Below are positions 57,485 to 64,000 of a stretch of DNA of 64,000 nucleotides, one piece after another. The DNA lies in assembly GCA_024640695.1 (NCBI GenBank), contig JAHEEM010000001.1:11725-75724 (forward strand). The letters run 5' to 3'. A model generated the notes under the pieces. The model did no database searches and had not been told where the DNA came from. It worked only from the letters and a program-made list of their open reading frames with translations. Made by a program: the position numbers and the translations under genes. This stretch comes from Rhodospirillaceae bacterium (GTDB lineage Bacteria > Pseudomonadota > Gammaproteobacteria > Steroidobacterales > Rariloculaceae). Positions within the stretch are counted from its first letter, which is position 1. Every line of letters starts with the position of its first letter.

Positions 57485-59144
57485 TATCCGGCTGTTCGTT
57501 TGGATGACCTGTCTGGTCATGATCTGGCTGACTTACCGCCAGTGGCTAACCGACTATCCACCCGTGCCCGCCACAACGCCCGCATCCACAGCCCAGACCC
57601 AGGAATCGCTGCCAACTCTGCCGCCGGTGCCTAACGCAAGCCAGCAAGCATTACCCGAGCTTGGACCCGTCTCGCCGACAGATGTGCCCCAGCTGCCGGC
57701 CAGAGACACCGCAGCGGCGCCCGCGCAGCCGATACGTGTGCGTACCGACGTGCTCGATTTGACGATTGATCCGCATGGCGGTGACCTCGTGCGCGCGGAC
57801 ATTCCAAGTTATCCGGTCGATAAGAATAACCCAGACGTGCCCGTGAGGCTGCTCGACTACGCGCCAGAGACTCGCTGGGTTTATCAAAGCGGCTACCGCA
57901 GCACTCAGGGAGGCGAAGAGCCCAACCACCTCGCCACGTTTACGAGCCCGGCTAGCGCCTACACGCTAGCCGGTGATCAGGACGAGCTCGTCGTCGAGCT
58001 GCAATGGGCAGACACCGGACCGTTGCGAGCAAGCAAGGTTTACCGCTTTCGTCGCGGCAGCTATGCGGTTTCGCTCACGCTCGCCATCGAGAATCAGTCG
58101 AATGCGCCGTGGAGTGGTGTGCCATACGTGCAGCTGGTCCGCCGCCACGTGCCCGTGCAGCGTTCTTACACTTCGGTAGACTCGTATTCGTTTCGCGGCC
58201 CGGTGTTATACGATGGCGATCGTTACGAAAAACTCGATGTAGATGACCTCGGCGCTGAGCCGATCAACCAAGTCGTGACCGGCGGTTGGCTGGCTGGAAT
58301 CGAGCATCACTTCCTCGTCGCGGCGATACCGCCGACCGTCGATCCCGTGACATATCAGGCCTCGATGCGCGGTATGGACTACGTGCTGACGGCTTTGAGC
58401 GAACCGCATCAGCTCGCACCCGGCCAGCGCTTCGAGTATCCGGTTGAGCTATTCGTGGGCCCGAAACTTCAGGGCCAATTGACCGCCACGGCTAATGAGC
58501 TCGAGCTCACCGTCGACTACGGTGTGCTGACGGTGCTTGCGCAGCCGCTTTTCTGGCTGCTCAGCAAGGTCCACGACTTCGTCGGCAATTGGGGTTGGTC
58601 CATCGTGCTGGTAACGCTGATGATCAAGCTCGCGTTCTATAAGCTGACCCAAGCCAGCGGTCGGTCGATGGCCAAAATGCGCAAGGTGCAGCCGCGGCTA
58701 AAGACGTTACAGGAACGGCACAAGGACGATCGCCAGGCACTGAGCCAGGCGATGATGAAGTTATATAAAGAAGAAAAGATCAACCCGGCGGCCGGCTGTT
58801 TGCCGATCCTTATTCAGATGCCGTTCTTTTTCGCCTTCTATTGGGTGCTGATAGAGAGCGTAGAGATTCGGCAGGCGCCATTCATGCTCTGGATCAACGA
58901 TCTGTCCGTGCGCGATCCGTTTTTCGTCTTGCCGTTGCTCATGGGCGCTGCCATGTTGCTCCAGACACGCCTGAATCCGGCGCCTCCGGATCCGATTCAG
59001 GCGCGGGTCATGCAGATCATGCCGATTGCGTTCACGGCTATGTTTGCCTTCTTTCCCGCCGGTCTCGTGCTGTACTGGCTTACGAACACGGGACTGTCGA
59101 TTCTGCAGCAGTGGCGTATTAACAAGGTCATCGCCGCGACCTAG
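57477..59144 (+). CDS. yidC: membrane protein insertase YidC
   Basis: It has an N-terminal TM helix, a large periplasmic domain and the conserved C-terminal 5-TM core (GNWGWSIVLVTLMIK, CLPILIQMPFFFAFY). Confidence 0.95.
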   Translation: MDNIRLFVWMTCLVMIWLTYRQWLTDYPPVPATTPASTAQTQESLPTLPPVPNASQQALPELGPVSPTDVPQLPARDTAAAPAQPIRVRTDVLDLTIDPHGGDLVRADIPSYPVDKNNPDVPVRLLDYAPETRWVYQSGYRSTQGGEEPNHLATFTSPASAYTLAGDQDELVVELQWADTGPLRASKVYRFRRGSYAVSLTLAIENQSNAPWSGVPYVQLVRRHVPVQRSYTSVDSYSFRGPVLYDGDRYEKLDVDDLGAEPINQVVTGGWLAGIEHHFLVAAIPPTVDPVTYQASMRGMDYVLTALSEPHQLAPGQRFEYPVELFVGPKLQGQLTATANELELTVDYGVLTVLAQPLFWLLSKVHDFVGNWGWSIVLVTLMIKLAFYKLTQASGRSMAKMRKVQPRLKTLQERHKDDRQALSQAMMKLYKEEKINPAAGCLPILIQMPFFFAFYWVLIESVEIRQAPFMLWINDLSVRDPFFVLPLLMGAAMLLQTRLNPAPPDPIQARVMQIMPIAFTAMFAFFPAGLVLYWLTNTGLSILQQWRINKVIAAT

Positions 59145-59216
59145 GCAGACCATGTCGCCGCGCAGTTCGCAGACAGCGCCACCGCCATTTGCCGGCGGCC
59201 GCGCTGCGAGTGATGC

Positions 59217-60569
59217 ATGAACCAATCAGCCGATACCATCACAGCCATAGCGACACCCCCAGGAAAAGGTGCGGTCGCGATCGTGCGCATCTCCGGTCCG
59301 GAGGCCGAGGCGATATCCCGCGCTATGACTAGCGTCGCGCCGCGTGAACGACAGGCCAGGCTCTGCCGATTTATAGGAGCTGACGGTGGCGATATAGATC
59401 AAGGGCTCATGTTGTTCTTTCCAGGGCCGCGTTCTTTCACCGGTGAAGACGTCGTCGAGTTGCACGGCCATGGTGGCACCGTCGTCAGCGACAGCCTGTT
59501 AGCTGCAGTGCTCGAGCGCGGCGCGAGACTGGCCGAGCCCGGCGAGTTTGCTCTGCGCGCGTTTCTCAACAACAAGCTGGACCTCGCGCAGGCCGAGGCG
59601 ATAGCCGATCTCATCGACAGCGGCTCGCAGCTCGCCGCGCGTGCAGCGCTGCGCTCTTTGGAAGGGCGCTTCTCTGACCAAGTGCATGCGCTGCAGGCAT
59701 CGCTAACGCAGCTGCGCGTGCAGATCGAGGCTTGGCTCGATTTTCCGGACGAAGAGCTCGACCTCGACGACATCGTCCAACTAACGTCGCGTTTCGACTC
59801 GACCCGCAGCCAACTCGATTCCTTGCTGGCAAGCGCTCGCCAGGGTGCTGTGCTGCGCTCCGGTCTGAGCGTCGTGATCGCGGGGCCGCCGAACGCGGGT
59901 AAGTCGAGTCTGATGAACCAGCTTGCGGGCTATGATGCCGCTATCGTCACGCATATTCCGGGGACGACACGGGATCCGCTCAAAGAGCATATTTCGCTCG
60001 ACGGGCTGCCGATAAATCTCGTCGACACGGCGGGACTTCGCGAGTCGAGCGATCTCGTCGAGTCCGAGGGCATTCGGCGCAGCTTCGCAGCCGTACGTCG
60101 CGCCGATCGGTTGCTATGGGTCGTCGACATCGAAGCGAAGCTTGCGGTTGTGGCTGCGGAAATCAACCGAGAGTTCACCGATGGCCCAGAGGCGACGATC
60201 ATTCAAAACAAGCTTGATCTCGTTGACGAAGTGCCGAGGGAGCAGGAGATTGCCGGGATGCCGGTCATAAGCCTCTCCGCGTTGACCGGCGAGGGGCTGC
60301 CACTGCTGATCGCACACTTGAAGCGACTGGCGGGTTTTACCGATACGGGTGGCGGCACAGTCAGCGCCCGAACGCGTCATATTGATGGGCTCAAGCGCGC
60401 GCGAGACAGCCTACAGCGCGCCCGCACCCAGCTCGTGGATTCCCGGGCGCTCGAGCTCGCCGCAGAAGAGCTGCGCGGTGCACAGGTCGCGCTCAGCGAG
60501 ATCACCGGGGAACTCACGAGCGATGACCTGCTCGGAGAGATCTTCGGGAGCTTTTGCATCGGCAAGTAG
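59217..60569 (+). CDS. mnmE: tRNA modification GTPase MnmE
   Basis: DTITAIATPPGKGAVAIVRISG, G-domain motifs GPPNAGKSSL and DTAGLR, and the C-terminal FCIGK are present. Confidence 0.95.
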   Translation: MNQSADTITAIATPPGKGAVAIVRISGPEAEAISRAMTSVAPRERQARLCRFIGADGGDIDQGLMLFFPGPRSFTGEDVVELHGHGGTVVSDSLLAAVLERGARLAEPGEFALRAFLNNKLDLAQAEAIADLIDSGSQLAARAALRSLEGRFSDQVHALQASLTQLRVQIEAWLDFPDEELDLDDIVQLTSRFDSTRSQLDSLLASARQGAVLRSGLSVVIAGPPNAGKSSLMNQLAGYDAAIVTHIPGTTRDPLKEHISLDGLPINLVDTAGLRESSDLVESEGIRRSFAAVRRADRLLWVVDIEAKLAVVAAEINREFTDGPEATIIQNKLDLVDEVPREQEIAGMPVISLSALTGEGLPLLIAHLKRLAGFTDTGGGTVSARTRHIDGLKRARDSLQRARTQLVDSRALELAAEELRGAQVALSEITGELTSDDLLGEIFGSFCIGK

Positions 60570-61095
60570 CTTCTAGCGACGGGTCGTTTTCGAGCCGCCC
60601 CCATGGGCCAGTGGAGAGTCCTTGCGGCCGCTCCACTGTGTGGTTGGCATCCTTTGAACGTAACTGTCGATCGAGTGAGTCAGTTAACGCTCGCGGTTAG
60701 AAAAACTCCACGAGGTCGTTTGTCCGAGCTATTTGGTTCTCAGCCCGACTGCGGAAACGTGCGCGATTCAGCGGCTCGGCAGCCAGGGGCTGTCCCTTGC
60801 TTAGTCATGTCTAGGGTCTGGCCGACGCTGGTCTTTCTCAAGAATAGCTGAAAGATTTCAGCGGTATGGTGAACTAATCGCATAAAAATCTAACGCTCGA
60901 CTCCGACCGTCTGCATTTGCAGACAGTTTGACATAAATTGCCGCCGCCCAAAGATACCTCACAGCGACACTGTTGTTTGTTATCGCTAGTTGGTTGTGAC
61001 GTCGGCTGCAGTTGTGTGTGGGATCCCCTTTTTCTCGCATAGCTACGGTCGGTCGTCATGAATTGAGTTTAGTTTTTAATCGAGAGGTTTCAGTT

Positions 61096-61311
61096 ATGAA
61101 TAAGTTTTGGCTCGTTCTTTCCGCTCTGGGTTTTTCTGCTGCCGCGATGGCGCAGACCACGCTGCCGTCTTTCGAGGAAGTCGACGCAAACTCTGACGGT
61201 CAGATCAGCATGGAAGAATCTGCTGCGATCGAAGGATTGGATTTTGCGACGGCCGATGCCAATCAAGACGGTGCGCTAGACCAGGAAGAGTACGCAGCCA
61301 TTCAGGGCTAG
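61096..61311 (+). CDS. small secreted EF-hand calcium-binding protein
   Basis: GAGAGG lies 9 nt upstream of the ATG. It has a signal peptide (MNKFWLVLSALGFSAAAMA) and two EF-hand loops (DANSDGQISMEE, DANQDGALDQEE). The track ORF starts earlier at 61012. Confidence 0.7.
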   Translation: MNKFWLVLSALGFSAAAMAQTTLPSFEEVDANSDGQISMEESAAIEGLDFATADANQDGALDQEEYAAIQG

Positions 61312-61334
61312 TAAGAACTCAAGTTATCGGAGTT

Positions 61335-61365
61335 ACCTGCCGGTCTCCGTCAGAGACCGGCAGGT
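61335..61365. terminator. perfect 13-bp stem hairpin between convergent genes
   Basis: ACCTGCCGGTCTC-CGTCA-GAGACCGGCAGGT lies between the EF-hand gene stop (61311) and the peptidase stop (61400). There is no clear U-tract on either strand. Confidence 0.5.
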
Positions 61366-61399
61366 TGGAGCACAGGGACGTGCTTCCACTCCGAGCGTC

Positions 61400-63886
61400 T
61401 CAAAATTCAATTGGCGCACGCCCGGCGACAGCGGCCATTGCTTCCGCTGTAATCTCGGACCGCTGCAGATGCTTTGCGAACCAGTCGAGCATCGTATTCG
61501 CGGTCAGGAATAGCGAATCGCGCGCTCTGTATGTGTGACCTTCGAACGGCAACAACAGCAGCTGAGCTTCGCCACCGTTGTGGCGAATCGCCTCGTATAG
61601 ATATTGTGACTGGATTGGCGGTGTCCCGTTGTTGTCGTCGAGCACGCCATGCACGAGCAGAAGCGGTGAGCGGATCTGATCCGAATAAAGAATTGGCGAC
61701 ATCGCCAGATAGGTGTCCCGCGCCTCCCAAAGCGTGCGCCGCTCCGTCTGGAATCCGAACGGCGTGAGCGTCCGATTATAAGAGCCGCTCATTGCGACAC
61801 CCGCCGCGAATAGACGGGTATGAGCCAACAAATTGGCAACCATGAAGCCGCCGTAGCTATGACCCGCGACGCCGACGCGGGCTGCATCGACGTAGCCTGT
61901 GCTTGCTGCGGCACTGATTGCCGCCTGTGCATTTGCGACGATCTGCTCGAGGAAGCTGTCATTAGCTGACTCTGTATTGCCGACGATGGGCATGCTGACC
62001 TCGTCGAGAACCGCGTAGCCGCTGAGCACGAACGACAGTTTGAACGCCCGTTCGAGGTCGGGAAACCGTTCCGGGCCGCCCCCAAGAACGGCATCGCTCC
62101 CCAGGCCGTACTGCCGCGGGTAGGCCCAGATGATTAGGGGCAGCGGCGTCCCCGCTGTGACGCCTGCGGGAAGGTACAGATTTGCAGAGAGCTCTACGCC
62201 GTCCGTTCGTTGATAGCGTAAATCGATGCGCCGCGCGTTGGTTAGTTCCGGCGCCGGATGCCTGCGACTTGTCAACGACCATTTCGATCCGGTTCGAAGA
62301 TCATGCATGCGGTAGTTCGGCGGCTCGTTGGCGCTTTCGAATCGCGTGAGCAGCAAGTCGCCATCGGGGTCCACGACATCTACCACGCGCTCGTAGGTAG
62401 TACCGTTGGATTCCCAAATGATCTCCGACTGCATCGAGTCGAGCTCGATGCGCTCGATGTATGAGCTCTCGCCCGATCTGGCGACGATGAAAATCGCGCC
62501 GTCTTGCACACGGGCCACCGTTTTCCCGCCGTCATCGGCCCGCGTCATGAGCCGGCCTAGCGCCGGAAATGCCGCGTCGACGCTTCGGCTTCCGAGCCGG
62601 CGAACGGGTTCCTGAGGATTGTCCGCGTCCACGAGCCAGGCGCGCGTAATGCGGTGTCCAGGATCGAACTCACTGACGAGGGCCAGACTCGAGTCTTCCA
62701 ACCATGCGAGCCCGGCGTAGCGGTGCTGGGTACGATAGATTTCCGTCGCGGTCGCATCGAAGGGCGCAGCCATTGCCAGAATACGTTCCTGACCGGCGCG
62801 CCGGTCTACCCAGACGATGGTGGCGGGCGCAGTAGCACGCCAGGAAGCGGCTCTGGGAGCTGCGGGGTCCCCTTCCGCGGTCCTCGACAGCGTCCAAGCA
62901 AGCTCTCCGCGTCGGTCCCAGATCTCGACTACGCGGTCCCATGCTTCCGTCGCGCCCAGCGCTGTGTAAGCTGGTGCCGCGCGACGCGCGAGAAAGTATT
63001 GGCCGTTCGGGGCCGGGGTTATGGATTCCAGAATGGCCTGGGGCCCAAGTTTCTGCCGCTCCCCCGACACGACGTGGATAAGCTCTGCCTGTGAGCGAAG
63101 ATAGAACTCGATCAGGTCGCGGTCTAAGGCAGACGGGGCGTCGGCTAGCCTCGCTGGTGATGTGGCTTCGGCGATGACCCTGGCGGCGAGCTGCGCACGC
63201 TGCTCGGGAATCATCTGGCACAGCAGGTAGCGGCTATCGGGTGTCCAGTCGCAGGGCGCGCCGTGAACAGCATTCACTGCGGCATCGGTAAGCCGCTGTG
63301 CTGACGCATTCGCCGGGTTCCCGGTCCAGAGCTCGACCCGCGTAGGCGTCGTCACCGTAAAAGCAAATCGAGATCCATCAGGGGCCCAAAGGGGATAGCC
63401 AATGGTCACGCCTTCGGGCAATGCAACCGCTTGGACTCGACCGGTCTCGTGGTCGAACACAGTCAGTCCGAAATAGGCGATCGGCGCGTGCGGCGCACCG
63501 GTAGCGGCATTGAGTCGATACCCGGCAACGCTCACGGATGGCTGCCTGAGTTCTTCCAAGGCGAGGAGGCCACGCTCGTGCACCATGAGCAGGTAGTTCC
63601 CACGGGGGTCCGCGGATACGGCGGGAAGGCGCGGCAGAGCCAGCAGGTCCTGCGCCGCCGCGGGGAGGGCCGCTTCCTGCGGGAGGGCGGTTGCCGTCAT
63701 GAGGCAGAGCGCAACGAGTTCTAATAACCGGGCTAGGCCACGGGCGAGCCGGCCGTTCGCCGGCAGCGTGCGATAAAGTGACGGAGAGCGTTGGTTTCTT
63801 CCCACTGCCTGGCCTGCCGATGGATGGTTGCCGTAGGGGACAGGAGTCTCCGGGAAGTTTCCGCCTGATTCAGTGTTGCCGATCAA
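61400..63886 (-). CDS. S9-family serine peptidase (beta-propeller + prolyl oligopeptidase-type alpha/beta hydrolase domain)
   Basis: The C-terminal catalytic domain has the nucleophile motif GHSYGG, then LLVHGVLDDN and FEGHTY. The N-terminal half resembles a TolB-like propeller. The TTG at 63886 is the track start. The in-frame GTG at 63805, just before the signal-like segment, is a likelier start. Confidence 0.85.
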   Translation of the reverse strand: MIGNTESGGNFPETPVPYGNHPSAGQAVGRNQRSPSLYRTLPANGRLARGLARLLELVALCLMTATALPQEAALPAAAQDLLALPRLPAVSADPRGNYLLMVHERGLLALEELRQPSVSVAGYRLNAATGAPHAPIAYFGLTVFDHETGRVQAVALPEGVTIGYPLWAPDGSRFAFTVTTPTRVELWTGNPANASAQRLTDAAVNAVHGAPCDWTPDSRYLLCQMIPEQRAQLAARVIAEATSPARLADAPSALDRDLIEFYLRSQAELIHVVSGERQKLGPQAILESITPAPNGQYFLARRAAPAYTALGATEAWDRVVEIWDRRGELAWTLSRTAEGDPAAPRAASWRATAPATIVWVDRRAGQERILAMAAPFDATATEIYRTQHRYAGLAWLEDSSLALVSEFDPGHRITRAWLVDADNPQEPVRRLGSRSVDAAFPALGRLMTRADDGGKTVARVQDGAIFIVARSGESSYIERIELDSMQSEIIWESNGTTYERVVDVVDPDGDLLLTRFESANEPPNYRMHDLRTGSKWSLTSRRHPAPELTNARRIDLRYQRTDGVELSANLYLPAGVTAGTPLPLIIWAYPRQYGLGSDAVLGGGPERFPDLERAFKLSFVLSGYAVLDEVSMPIVGNTESANDSFLEQIVANAQAAISAAASTGYVDAARVGVAGHSYGGFMVANLLAHTRLFAAGVAMSGSYNRTLTPFGFQTERRTLWEARDTYLAMSPILYSDQIRSPLLLVHGVLDDNNGTPPIQSQYLYEAIRHNGGEAQLLLLPFEGHTYRARDSLFLTANTMLDWFAKHLQRSEITAEAMAAVAGRAPIEF

Positions 63887-64000
63887 GGAAATGCAGTTAT
63901 TAGTTATTGTTATGTCACATAACCTAACGCTTAGTACCTAAATTGGCAAGAGTTAGCGCCCGGTTGGTGGCTGAGCTTCGCCGCGAACCGAGGCGTCCAT

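Noticed and set aside
60603-61059. Track ORFs 60603..60851 (+), 60858..61040 (-) and 60874..61059 (-) in the post-mnmE spacer.
   Set aside because: They have no ribosome-binding sites and no domain-like motifs. Composition changes along their length, and two of them overlap each other in different frames.
63961-64000. An apparent ATG on the minus strand at the very end of the window (reverse complement of ...GGCGTCCAT).
   Set aside because: Read from 64000 it stops after 15 codons. Any real gene would start outside the window, so it cannot be assessed.

Overview
This is a GC-rich (over 60% GC by eye) gammaproteobacterial chromosome segment spanning the replication-origin neighbourhood, and it is almost entirely housekeeping. 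Gene content in order: a complete, translationally coupled trpEGDCFBA operon (trpE cut by the window edge); DUF971-ubiE-ubiJ-ubiB, ubiD and ubiK; hslVU; dapF-DUF484-xerC; hemX-hemY next to algZ-algR; comM; tRNA-Arg(CCG) followed by a run of small accessory-looking genes; ctpA-envC; rhodanese-secB-gpsA; trmL; glnA-DUF4124-ntrB-ntrC; glyQS-gmhB-plsC; and gyrB-recF-dnaN-dnaA facing rpmH-rnpA-yidC-mnmE. I saw no CRISPR array, transposase, integrase-bearing island, rRNA or recognisable defence system, and I did not find a convincing self-contained novel multi-gene system. The items most worth a second look are: (i) a DRG/Rbg-type (archaeo-eukaryotic-like) TGS GTPase with a degenerate G3 motif; (ii) an lpxA translationally coupled to a GnnA-like oxidoreductase away from the usual lpx cluster; (iii) in-situ replacement of glyQ/glyS by a single-chain glyQS preceded by a terminator-like leader; (iv) a class-1B-type PyrD without PyrK; (v) DUF4124 genes directly 5' of both sensor-kinase operons; (vi) a strongly AT-rich, DnaA-box-flanked dnaA-dnaN spacer that looks like oriC. 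Many long ORFs in the supplied track are antisense or out-of-frame shadows typical of high-GC DNA and are not reported. All family assignments come from reading the translations by eye, not from database searches.
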